DNA of 55,573 nucleotides, taken from the NCBI GenBank assembly GCA_023231475.1, contig JALJEE010001195.1, forward strand, positions 1-55,573, read 5' to 3'. This document shows, piece by piece, positions 13,801 through 26,772 of the stretch; position 1 is the stretch's first letter; every line of letters begins with the position of its first letter. Both the position numbers and the translations under genes were made by a program. Under the pieces are notes generated by a model. The model saw only the letters and a list, made by a program, of their open reading frames with translations, was not told the origin of the DNA and ran no database searches. Source of the stretch: Seison nebaliae. Its lineage: Eukaryota.

Positions 13801-14171
13801 TATTTATAAGGGGAATATATGAGATGTGCATATATCATTCGAGAAAAAAACATTTATACTAAATCTTCTTTTTTTTCCATTTTTAGCATTGGATTGAATC
13901 AATTTTTAAGATACTTCTGAGATCATGCGATGATAATTCCATCCAAAGCATGTTCGCTCGCCAATTGGATGAAGAGGCGAAATTGCGATTCAAACTTCTC
14001 TTTTCCAAATTGGAAAATAATGAAAATAAAAGGATTATAAGTAATTTGAGCTAACTATTTTAAAATAAATTTCCTTCATTTTCCCCCCATTTTTTCTGAC
14101 TCTCTCCCACTCTTATTGTTGTTGAGTCAAATCGATTTTGTTTCTTTTTGCCATCATTATTCCATAGAATT

Positions 14172-17100
14172 ATGTTTATCCCGCTACTCCGGAAGAAACA
14201 ACGAGTGAAACATCTGCTGAATAGGGAACCGAAGTAAAAATATATTTTTGTAAATTTTACAGAGTGGGAATATTTCTCTTACAGTTTTAACCACTTGAGA
14301 AAGAAAGGAAGTGGAAATTAAATTTCTTTAAATTCTCATTTAATCGAGTGAGATAAACAAGAAAAAATAGAAAAAAAATGAAAATTAACCTGTTTTCCGA
14401 TCTATTGGTTCTATCATTGGAATGAATCAATTTTGTTCTCTAAATCCTTTTCTTGTTTTAATTAGAATCTCTTTATTAATTTTCATGAAATTGTGAGTAA
14501 AATTTAATTTTCCTAAAAGGAAAATGGTTGACAATGTCACCGATGATCCAATGGAAACTCCTGTCGATATAGAACCGAATGCAAAATATTTAGCTGAATC
14601 CAACGAAACTTCATCTGAAGAACTTTCTCACGAAATCCAAGACGATGACGAACAGAATGATTTAGAGAACTTATTTTTGCTATCGGTAAACGATTTCAAA
14701 ACGTTTATTCGTGATCCGGACAGTCAATGGTTTTAATTGTCTCTTAGAATTGTCAACATTTCAATTTCTTATTCCGTTAATAGGTTAATTGGAACGAATG
14801 GGAATTCAACTCGGTTACAACTGAAAAAAGAATTAAGCTTCTCAAATTCTGTTAATTTCAATAACTTATCAATGAACAGCGATGGGAATGATGACGAATA
14901 TGAGAATAATATGAAAGTTTCAAAATCGATGAGCCATTTCCAATCCGACAATTCATTAATCGAAAGATTAGATATGTTGAGTCAAAGTTAATGACATTAA
15001 TTCATCTTTAACGATGTCGTTTCACATCATTTTTCATATGGTCTTATTAGGTCGACATTCAATAGCGCTAAAATTGGGAGGTAAACGGATTTCTAAATCT
15101 CCAATTCAAAGTTTGTTTTTCTATTTTTTCTTATATGTCCGGTATTTCTGGTGTAATGGATTTGGGAAGTGAAAAATCAAATTATTTTTGAGTTAAGAGA
15201 GACACATGTATATTAGTAAATAGAAGAATTTTATGTTAACATTTGATTTGATGAAATTTCTCAAAAGGTTTAAAGGAGAATTCAATTTAATAACATCATC
15301 AGATCAGTAGTAAGAAGGAAAGCGTTCTGATAGAACATCATAGATTGGAAGGTAGTTGAAATTTTGTCTGACGGTATTCGTTCTCTATCATTTCCTTCAA
15401 TGCCATATTTGTGGACTTCGAATAATCACATTGGGTGATGTGAGAAAAAAATGTGAAAGGAGATAGGGAATAATGAATGAATGAAGAATATTAGTTTTTT
15501 ATAATTTTGAAAAAATTGTTGGGTTAATTGGTTTAATTAATTTCATTCTTCATGTTCAGCATTGGACGACGGTGAGGAAAGTGATGTTTTGCAAACGTCG
15601 CTATATTCGTCTTCTTCATTAGTTTATGATCATGAAGTGAACAATTGTACGAAACCAGTAGTACAGAGATCAGCAATTCCTTTATCACCGAAAACGATGG
15701 GATTACAACATTCTCCTTTCTCCTCCTCTTCTATTAACGTTCTCTTCTCACAATATCAACGACAACAACCTCCGAATCCTTCGTCTTCCTTCTCCACATC
15801 TTCGTCCTACATTTCTCTTATGAGTCGAAGTACGGATGATAGTGGTTATTTCGATTTCAATCATCATCCAACTACATCTCATAATTCATTATATCAACGA
15901 TATTGTCCATTGAATAATGATCTGAATTCAATCAACAAATACAATTCTTCATTAATTTTCGACAGTTTCGTTTATTATCATCAACTCTATCGAATGAGGA
16001 ATAGTTTAACTAAAACGTCTTCCGTTGATAATAATGACATTGGCACAATGTTACATTCATCTTCCATTTATTCTCTCATTAATAATCTCCATATGGAAAT
16101 TAATGATATTCGAACAAGTACCAGAAAGATGTTAAAAGAAACGAATTTCCCAAATTTTGTTCCAGTAACCAAATTCTCAATTTCTCCCGATATCATGGAA
16201 GAGATTAAACTTCTAAAAAATTCCAAACAAAAAAACAGATCCGATGATGAGACTGAATGGGAAGAGAATTGTGAGAATGACCAACTTCCTCGGGAAATGA
16301 GTGAACGTGAACGAATGATCATCGAACAAGAAAAGAAAATTTTGGAGAAAATTAGTTTTCTCAAACGACAAAGAATAACCACAAAAAATTCAATAAAAAC
16401 TCCGAGTAAAATCAATAAAAATAATGAAGACAAATTGACAACCATCACATCGATCGATAGTAACCAAAATAATGAAAACTTGTGTGAAGGTAGGAAATTT
16501 TTGACATTTAAAAAGAAAAAAGCCAAATGCACCAATATCATTAAAACGATAACTCCTGGAAATTTGAGATTAAATAAGAAATTGGAAGAAGAAAAATTGA
16601 AGAATGTCAAAGAGAAGATGAAATATGACAAATCATTAAATGAAGGAAAAGTGGATCAAATGACAACGTCATTCATTAGGAAACCTTCAGCTGTCCACAA
16701 GAATTTCCTTCAAAAAAACCAAAAATTAAAACGTCCCGACTCTCTCCACATTTCTGGAAGTCACTACAATTCAAAGGAAACTGATGATACCGATGACGGA
16801 AATGGAGAAGTGAATGAGAATGATTTAATGAAACTTCTCCTCCCATCGAACGAGAAAGACAAATTTGTTGCCCAATATTCGGCTTTACCAAAATCAGATA
16901 CGAATGATACTTTATCTGTAGCTAATTCGGTAGGAACAATCGTGAAACGACGTTGTCCTTCAAAAGCTGAAATGAAGAACGGGCCTGTAATACTCAGACC
17001 CAAGACGAGAGATGACAGATCAAAATTATGTAGAAGTGCATTTTACGAGCGGAAAGAAGAGAAACATATATCTTCGATGAATCTTCCAAGTTCAATTGAT

Positions 17101-20100
17101 AATGATGGAATGTTAACTTCAGGTGCATTAACTAATATAACGACACCAGATACGCCAACATATAATTTGGAAGAATATTTGAAAAATATGAAACAATTTC
17201 AATTTCAACCGTTGAACAAATCTGCCCGATTAGTTTTTCCTGCATCAGATGAAGACGATGAGAATCAATCAGATCTATTGTTTAATAATAAAGTGATGGA
17301 AACATCGATTACTACTTCCATTGGAAGTGTTTCGTCTTTGGGTTTCAATCGAAATGAGAATAAACACATTTTTTCCTTTCCGTCTCAACTTCTACCCGAG
17401 AAGAAATTTAAAGAGAATGACAATGATGAAAATGATTTCCTGAATAAGAGAGATACACCATTAGATGGTGCTTATTTCTCGCCTGTTGATTTTTCTTCAT
17501 CGTCTTCTGGAGATCAACAACACTCAGACAAAGATGATGGAATGATAGATGGATTAGGGTTCGAATGGGAAAATGAATGGAGTGATGAAACATGTCGAAA
17601 TGAATTATCTCAAGATGAAGATGAAAGTAATTATGGTGAAATGAGAATGATAAATAAAATGAATGAAGCATATCGAACACCATCTCACTCATCTGAGAGA
17701 TCTATTAAACAATTGTCCGATATCGAATCATTAGATACTTATCTGGTTGGAAATGACAATCCAAAGAAGAATTTCGTTAATGGAATTAATCATGAACGAA
17801 TGAAATCTATTCCTCAATCATCAGCCTTAAAAATCGCCATGGAAATGGAAGAGCGATTGATAAAGAATATGAAACGTATTTCGACAACAAAAAAACGTGA
17901 AGATAAGTTAGGGGAAGAGCAGCAACAAAAGAAGAGACAATTCAAACCTCTTTATTCCATCTTCCAACGGAAGAGACCAGCCATACATAACTCAAACACT
18001 TCTCTCCATATGAACACGAATGTTGGTGAGAAAATCGAGAATAAATTAGAAGTAAGAAAACCAATAACTTTCTCTAAACGCAATCGATTAAATGGTAAAT
18101 TTCCTTCATTTCCTCCAACTGTTTGTTTATTTTGTTCTTCCCCGTTTATTTTTAACTATTCTTCTTATCTACTTATTGGATGGGAAAGAATATCTTCATT
18201 TCTCCTTTTTATTTCTTTTCATTGTCATTTCACTTCCAGCATGAGTGCTATGTATTTGTCGTCAATATCCAATTATTTTGTGTTTCTTATCATTGCTATT
18301 GTCTTCTCACAAACTTTCTTTTATTTCTCAACTTTCGTTTGAATTCCTTAATCGTTTGACATTAAAACAATTTTACTATATATTTTAAGAGAAAAATTTT
18401 AAAGATTGCGGTAGAATTTAGAAAGAATAGGAATCTCTTAGTATGTTTTTGAATATCAATCAGTTTTTCTGTTTGTGAATTGTGAATTGAATGGAAAAAT
18501 TTTGTAGAAAAATTTTGTAAAAAGATAAAGAAAATTTCTTTTTGTTTTATGATAATATTATGAAGAAATCAGTTCTCAACTACTTCTACCAAATGGAATT
18601 GTTAACGATTGTGGATATGTTTCTCTTCTACGCTCTCGATCTCGTGATGCATTGAAGTCATTGGAAGAAGACATTTTATATCCGATTAATATGAGGGAAA
18701 ATAGTGGAAGTGAAGGATCATTGGGTCGATTAGGTATGTCATTTCCACCATCAGATTTCACTGCTGTTACTCTTAGTCATCATCACCAATTAGTGAAGAA
18801 GACATTGGATTATATTTTATTTTACTTGTTCTCGAGGCACAAATTGATTTACCTTCGAAAGAAGGCAAATAATTCTGGAAAATATTATTTCACTTTTATA
18901 TCTTTTTACGTTTCTTTTCACATCTAATCTGACGAGAATGAAAATCTAATATATGATTTCAGCTTGATTTTATCGCACACTTTACATTATATTATTTCAA
19001 ATATTTTTGTGATTATTTTATTTTCGATTCATTGCTACTACTAATTGATTTGTTCTTTTTTTTTTGTGTTGTGCATAATAACTGTATGATAATCTAATTT
19101 CATATTATTTTTCTTTTTCAAATAATTTAGAGGATGAGAGAAGGAATACATCAATCAAATCCATATCTTCCAACTGTTTGGAACCTTCGTCCTCTTATGG
19201 AAATCAGACGTACCATCACAAATTGAATGAAACTCGTAGTCCCAGTAAAGAAAGATCATCGTCGCGGGATAAAATGAAGAATCGTCCATTCGTCAATCCA
19301 CATGACTTTGAAAAGTTCCGTAATATGGTCGCTAACGTTGAAGCAAATCGACAACGAAGTCGTTCAAATAGTCAACAAAAATCTGGTTATGTTTCTGATG
19401 GTTCCAGTACGAATGTGTCGCCAATTCCTCAAGACACATTGAGAAGAGCAGAATGCCGTTACAACAAAAACTTGAATCGAACAATTCATGCTCAACTGAA
19501 CACAAAATTGACAAATCGTCAAATTCCACTCAACGAACTTACAGATGGACAATCAAACGAAGATGTGTCTGGCATTTATCATGTAAAAAATAGTAAAAAA
19601 GATTTCAATCGTTTTCGTAATTCCAATGGTGAGTTATTCTTTTAAAGCTAATTTTATTTGATAATTTTTTGTTTGTTCGTTTTGTCTGTGGATATTGATT
19701 TTATTAATTTTGTTTTAGTTTTCTAATAATTTTCTTTTTGTGTTACCTTGATGTAGGTGGAATTTATAATAGTAAGCCGCCGTTACCTATGAATGGGAAT
19801 TTGATAGGGAAACATCAACAATCACATCTTCTACAAACGTCGTCCTCAAATTATTCGGAGAAGTCGATCAGTAAGAATTTTTCAGAAGTCATCAATTGTG
19901 ATCAATTAACAACGCCCATCAGGTTGATAGAAATTTTATGAGAATTATCTCAGAATTTCTTTTATTTTCTCGTCTCCTTTGGTGTTTTGTGCATGAAAAT
20001 TGTATTTGCGATTTTTACCCATTTCTTTTTTTTATCAATCGAATTTAATAATTCCTTATTTTTGTTGCAGATCGTCTTCCGCATCTAACACGATTTCGAA

Positions 20101-21349
20101 ATCGCGGTTGAAACCACCGTCAACTATTCAAAATTCTTGTTCATTACAGCTTTCTTCCCAAGAAAAAAATAAAACGAAATCTCATTGCAATCTTGGAATC
20201 GATCAAAGAATATCTAATAATAAAATTTATTCATCAAACTCTCATCACTCTCGACTAAAGAGTCATGCATTTAGTGATGACGACGACGAGTATGAGGAGA
20301 ATATGAGAAATAATAATGAAGAAAATTTTGTGTATGAAGATGAACATGTGATGGATTATGGAGAGAATGATAAATTGAAAAATTGGGGAAAAGAAACAAA
20401 TGAAAAGAATGAACAGTCGATCGATTTTCATAAAGAATTGAATGTAGAAGAGAATTCGAAGAGTCAGAATATTCAAAATAAAAGGAAATTCTTAGAACTT
20501 CGTCGTAAGACTATAACAAAAGAAAGTGGGGCAATTATTTCGGGAATAAGACGACCATCCACTTCTCCCAATTCATCCAGAGCAATTAGTTCTAACACCC
20601 AATCTACACTTCCACATTCGTCCTTAGTCTCTACATCAACACGCAACAAAAAATTATCAACGTCCATATATAAAGAAGTGCGAGATAATTCCCCTTCCAT
20701 GTCTCAAGTTTCTTCGTCCACAACCGTGAATCGACCACTGGAAATCATTTCAACTTGTTCACCATCAAACCGAATAAGTGGGTCGGTGAGGAAACCAACA
20801 GGAAATCCAAGTCGGAAATTATCGTATACGGTTGCCACATTGAAGAATCGTCAAATGAATTCGAACGACCAATTATCATTTTCAAATGTTCAAGATAATA
20901 ATAAACTTTTGACAACGTCTCTCATTTCTCAAGTAAGTGATTCATCTGATTCAATAACTCGACGCCCAACCGTCGGCCATACAGCGAAAGGTGTTCCAGT
21001 CATTGCACCGTTCGAAGACATTGATAGTGGAATTTCTTCGTTTAATCTCAATGGAAAAGTTAAATATCCTGAAACTACATTTTCTTCATCATTCTATTCG
21101 CGACGAGACGAAGAAATTGACGAATCTCATCCTACTTCCTATTCGAATGAACAGTTAATAACACCTAACGTGACGAGAGGAAATTTCCAATCGAAGTTAA
21201 AACCGATCTCATATATCAACAAACCAGGCTTCTCTTCTGAAGCAACACATCGAACACATCTACCGACAGAAAGACTATATTCCAAAACTGGAATAAACAC
21301 ATTTTCGAAAATGAGATTGAGTTCAAAGCATTTGAATAGCCAGCACTAA
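14172..21349 (+). CDS. Large (~1716 aa) Ser/Asn/acidic low-complexity protein of unknown family
   Basis: Phase-compatible exons 14172-14233, 14520-14729, 14784-14986, 15051-15080, 15560-18094, 18566-18733, 19131-19628, 19757-19922 and 20071-21349 sum to 5151 nt. The 5' end is uncertain. Confidence 0.65.
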
Positions 21350-21729
21350 ACATGACACCTTAAGTCGTTTGCTTCATTTGTCTTCCCCATTTATATTTCC
21401 TTTCTTTTCTTCACGAAACTCACATTTCCTGTAAATCATTTGCGTCTCGTGTTACATTCTTTGTCTCTACTTTCACCTCAGTAATTAATTGGGAAATTTC
21501 ATTATCATTTATTCATATTCGTCTTCGTTTTAATACGTCTATATTATGATCACATCGAACGAATCACCAAGTTCTAAGAGTTTCAAGAATATTTTATTCG
21601 AATATAATTCTCATTAATGAAATTAATTTAAGTCTATTTATTCAATTCAAATAAAATATTTTAAATTTTGCCTTCTGAATCCAAAGTTCAATTTATTGAT
21701 ATCAGCATTATTACAAAAATCATCGTCTC

Positions 21730-21970
21730 TATCATGGACATTTTTTGAAAAAAGATTCTGGAAAGTTAATGTAGAAAGAGTTAAAATAAAAGGAAAAACC
21801 TTCAACAACGGTCGTTCTTCGTGTCCATTCCTTACAATATTGAGAATATCGATTTTTTCCCAGGGAAACCAAGTTTGTCTCCTTTCCACAACATATTTTC
21901 TTTCTTAGAACTCCTACGTCTCTCAAATAGGTGATTAATTCCTTCGATTTTTCAAAAAAACGGTTCATGG
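21730..21970 (-). mobile_element. Possible Merlin/IS1595-like transposase N-terminal remnant
   Basis: LITYLRDVGVLRKKICCG...YCKE...GFSF resembles the Cys-containing N-terminus of Merlin transposases. Fragment only. Confidence 0.35.
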
Positions 21971-24059
21971 CACGATGGACGGTGTTGTTATTTGTTGTGA
22001 AAACGGATGGGGCTGGGTATAAGATGATAGAAGATGAGATTGGAGATGGAAGTTTAATATAATATTTGGTTGATAATTTACTTTTCTTGTGATCTTGTGA
22101 ATTATCTTTTCAGGTGAAGGATGGTGGTCACTTTCTTCGACATAATCTGAAGACAGACGTTTTTTCCTGAAAACCATTCTGATTATTATGTATTTTTATT
22201 ACGTAATTAAATTATAATAATTAAACTAACATTGAAAATTTTAATTGATTTGATTGAAATTTGACTGAATTTTAATTGAATTTAGAAATTAGTTAATTGA
22301 TAAAGCTTAAAGTTTTGAAATTTTATTTCAAAAAATTTATAGAAAAAAAGTGATAAATCAAAAATCTAAAAACACTTACTTGTTAAGAATTTCAAGCTCT
22401 ACCTATATGTTAAGTTTCAGAAGAATTAAAAATTTTGTATTTTGTAGTACAAAATTTGTATACCAAACAGACTTTTACCGAATTGAGACATTAAATAAAT
22501 ATTACCATTTTTCCTTTCGTATAAATCACATTTGCTCAAAGAAAGCAATAGCTAACACTCGCAATAAGACAAATTTGTCAGAGTATGACAAGGAAGATAT
22601 AAGATACGAAGAATTAGAATATCTGAGGATTTTATTATTCTATAAAGTGAGTTCTTAAGCCTAATAATTATGTCTTTTTTGTGATGTCCATTACTCTACT
22701 ACAGCCGTTTGTGACTTATCCGTTTCTTTAAGGTCTCGCTTTTGTTTCATAAAACTAAAAGAATAAAACCGTCGCACAACAGGTAAAATGATGTGTAATA
22801 AAATTATAGGGTAATTTCGATGACGAAGTTCGAAATAGAAATAAAATACAGATGGAAAGTAGTGACTGTTGAATAGGAATATAAATTGATTGGGAGAAAT
22901 CGAGTAAGAATAAAATTTATTATAGTTATATTTTATACTTATTATATTATTATTAATTATTGAAAGACGAATACAAATTACAACAATTTGTTATTCATAT
23001 ATTTTATACTTTCGACTTTTATGATTTGATTGTTTTATTGACTAGTTTTTATACGATGTCCAATATATCCAATAACATACGACATTAACATACTTATTAT
23101 AGTACGAGGTAACCTTACACTATTTGATAATTTTTTTTCCAATAGACACTTTTCGTTTATTTTAGAGTTGAAAGAGGAGAGGACGTAACATATTCCATAG
23201 ACCACTCCCCCAAATAAGGCGAATGGGGAGTGGATCTTTTGGAATATGTTATGAAGAGACAAGAAGAACTAAAAAGGGAGACGAGGGTCCAACTCCCTCA
23301 ATAGAGTTGACAAAGGTACGAGGAGTTTTACTTTAAATCCGATTTATCTTTTATTTATGTTTAGTAACTAAAAAGTGGGTAAGATGATGCAGAAAATTAA
23401 GATGCTAACAACTTGTAAGATGGATTTAAGAGGCAAGTAAGAAAATGGATGGAACGTTCTTGAACTTAATGGTTATAAAATGTGTATACGTGTATCTAAA
23501 CAATTTTTTCGTAACATTGAATATTCTTCAAAATTTATCTGATTTAAAATTTTATAGTTAAAATTATAGTCTTAAGAAATAAAGTTGAATTATAATTCTT
23601 TAATCTTTTATTTGAATATATTTATAATTAAGTTTATTAATAAGTTGATTTATAATTGAAATATTAAGATTATTCTCTATTATCTGTTAATTAATCTGGA
23701 CAGCTTGTCCGAGTCAGTTTGTACATTATGTTTTCCCTTGACAAATTTCATACAGTATAGTATACTGTATGTTTTCCCTTGCCAATCTCATTCTCCATCT
23801 CCAGATTTTTACCGATGTCTCTGACGATTTGGTTGTCATCGATATCGCTGCTTGATTATCACTAACGAGGGAACATCCACCTAAAGAGATGGAAAACATT
23901 AAAAATTTTTATAGCATCTTATATAACATTAATTTTAAGAATTTTTGGTGCAATCAAAATGGACACTCGGTCTTCTATAAGTACCATAATTTAATTTAAA
24001 ATTTTAATATTCTCAACTTTGGGTAGATGGAAAAATTTAGTTGTGGTGACGGAATTTAA

Positions 24060-24340
24060 TGGTTTATAATTAATGCACATTCTGTATTTTCCGTTCTATT
24101 TCGGAACGATTACCACATTCGAGCACCAATCACTTTCCAGTTTTTCAATGATTCCGTTCGCTTGCATTTCTCTACTTATTTCTTCCATAGCTGTCCGCTT
24201 TTTCTCTGAAGATCGATGCGGTTTTTGTGCAATTGGCTGAGATATTCCGTTAACGATCTCATGTGCAACTTTCGGTGGTTGAGTCATTCCGGTGTCCTCC
24301 AATAATTCTTCAATTTCTCGTTCAATAGTATTAATGTTCC
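24060..24340 (-). mobile_element. Ty3/Gypsy pol fragment (start of RT)
   Basis: AHEIVNGISQPIAQKPHR...EMQANGIIEKLESDWCSNVVIVPK*. Confidence 0.8.
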
Positions 24341-25175
24341 TTGATATCGACAAATCATTCGGATCCACGATGTCGTCGTTATCCGATTGCTCTTCATCAC
24401 TACAGAGGTTGTTCAGTTTAATCAATTTCGAACTTTTATGATCTATTACCATGTCCTTCTCTCTTACAAGTATAGTAAAATGGAAGAAACGCAAAATACC
24501 ATTGCATCTTTCGAACTCTTCAAGAACAAAAGTGAAGATAGTCAAGAAAATTCCGTAATGAAACTTCGCTCTGGTCTTCGGGAAAATGTTCAATCCATCT
24601 CTGGTAAGAAATTAGAGCAGCAGAATGGCAATATCGTAACTACTGGGTGTTTTTCAGTGGAGAATAACTCGCGGAAGCCAGGTGTGAGTAAAATAAATCG
24701 GAAGAATGACAGTTCTCTTCTTAGGAAGAAGTTGGAAAAGAATGGAAAAGAAGATGAGGTTGACCGATTAGAACGGTCTTCCAAACATTCCGTCATCTCA
24801 TGTAAGTAAGATTCAGAAAGCTGGGAAAAAATATACCGGTAAAAAGAAAGGAGTTAAAAAAGGATCACAATAGGTTATTGTCGGTTGAAATTTGTCGTCT
24901 GTTATATCATATAAAGTACGACCTCCAAAAGTCAAACTCCGATCGATTATGATATCGAACGTATATGCTGATGTTAGCATTGAAAAATTTGCTAATTTTT
25001 TGCAGAATGAAGGTTTGAACTTCTCAAATTTGGCGACTGAAACATAAGAATTTTGACAACAGCGAAAGAATCCCTAAAACGTTTATTGTTAGTTATAAAC
25101 ATAGCTAACAATGATACTTTTTTCGATTCACAAAAATGGCCGACGAATTATATCGATGTCGTTGGGAGTCTAGGG

Positions 25176-25244
25176 ATTTGGTAGACCGGTCATTTGGTAG
25201 ACTAAACTATTTGGTAGACCGGTCATTTGGTAGACGGTCATTGG
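25176..25244. repeat. ~16-bp minisatellite (atttggtagaccggtc), about 4 copies
   Basis: atttggtagac recurs four times at ~16-17-nt spacing. Confidence 0.85.
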
Positions 25245-25789
25245 TTACTTTTTTCAATATATAATCTCATAATGTATATATTTTCGATTTCGACCTTTTT
25301 ATTTAGATTGAAATTACACCAAAATTTTGGATTATTTAAAGGGATTATTAGCATTATTATATTTAACATGTATTATTCTTATATTATCATTAATATTTAA
25401 ACGGATATCAATATATATCTAACAAGTGATAATGAAAAGTATATTTCATGCACATCACCAAATCACCCAAAGACACCTATAAGAAATGACCTTCTATAAT
25501 AATCGCTAATACGTCATTAGTAGAAGCAAAGAGGAGTTCTCGAGCCACTACATCATGTGAATAACACAAACCGTACGATAATGATGTTATTCACATTGAT
25601 CAACAAACCATTGTATATAAATAGGAAACCTTTTCCTAAGATATTATGTTCAATTTCTCTTTCTTAAATCCTTTATCCCTAAATAAAGTATCTATTATCG
25701 GAATAGTTTCCTCGCGTAGCCCACTGCTAAAATATATAGTGCAATATATCAAAGATGTCCTGACTTCAAATGTCGACTACAGCATCAAT

Positions 25790-26360
25790 CGAATCTCCAA
25801 CAATACAACATCGAATTGAAACAGGGAAATACTGTCCGATTGCGCAACGTCATCGAAAATATTCAAACAAGGAGCAGGAAATTATTGGGAATCGTCCAGT
25901 GAGGGGCGTTCAAATATTGTTTTGGTATTGAAACCAATGGACATATATCGGACGTGCATCAATTTCCCCGTACTCAATCAAAGTACTAAAATAATTCCAC
26001 TCAATTTTCCTAGAACAGAAGAGTTACTGAAATTATACGACGGCCACAAATGGTATCCGAAATTGGATCTTCTTAATGGACATTCATCCGGACGATCGTA
26101 AAAAAGCGGCATTCTCGGGGAATAACCATATTTACCAGTTCATCAAAATGACATTCGGTCTTAAAAATGCATCGACAACATTTCAGTCCAACCGAATAAT
26201 TGGAAATTGCGACTTCTGCACGGTGTACATGTATGATGTAATAGTGTACTCAGATACCGAAGGGGAACATCGAAATAACATGGATATGGTAATAAGGTGA
26301 AATCATTGAAAGGAAGCAAATATTTAATTGTTTTGATAGACGGATTTTCCAAATATAGGG
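25790..26360 (+). mobile_element. Decayed Ty3/Gypsy reverse transcriptase
   Basis: IQHRIETG..PIAQR, IHPDDRKKAAF, YQFIKMTFGLKNASTTFQ and VYMYDVIVYS (YxDD mutated), with deletions and frameshifts. Confidence 0.85.
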
Positions 26361-26699
26361 AAATAGAACGGTTTTTGAGAGTTTTTGAATGTCATCTATT
26401 TAGTCATTCGTTCTTAATGTTTCGATTACACTATACACCCTATAATATAGGGTGTATCAGATAAGTTTACAGAAAGAAGATTAATCACATTGTTCATTCC
26501 ACAACATCTTCCTTAATCGCGAGTCACTAAACAATTATGATAATTCAGGATTCAATCAGCGTTTTCGACGTTGAAACAATCTTTACAACTGTTGGTTGTG
26601 CATTATTAAGCCATTACATAATATGTAGTTACATTACAATACAATGTAGAATATAATTTTGAATAAGTTTAACATGATAACAAAATTTTAATTTTATAT

Positions 26700-26772
26700 C
26701 GCCGTGACCCGGGATCGAACCAGGGACCTTTAGATCTTCAGTCTAACGCTCTCCCAACTGAGCTATCACGGC
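26700..26772 (-). tRNA. tRNA-Phe (GAA)
   Basis: GCCGTGATAGCTCAGTTGGGAGAGCGTTAGACTGAAGATCTAAAGGTCCCTGGTTCGATCCCGGGTCACGGC: complete cloverleaf, A and B boxes, downstream TTTT. Confidence 0.97.

Noticed and set aside
16068..17692. Several minus-strand ORFs
   Set aside because: Antisense shadows of the long plus-strand exon, with Phe/Ser-biased composition.
25176..25244. 16-bp repeat as a CRISPR-like array
   Set aside because: Too short, with no spacers; a simple minisatellite.
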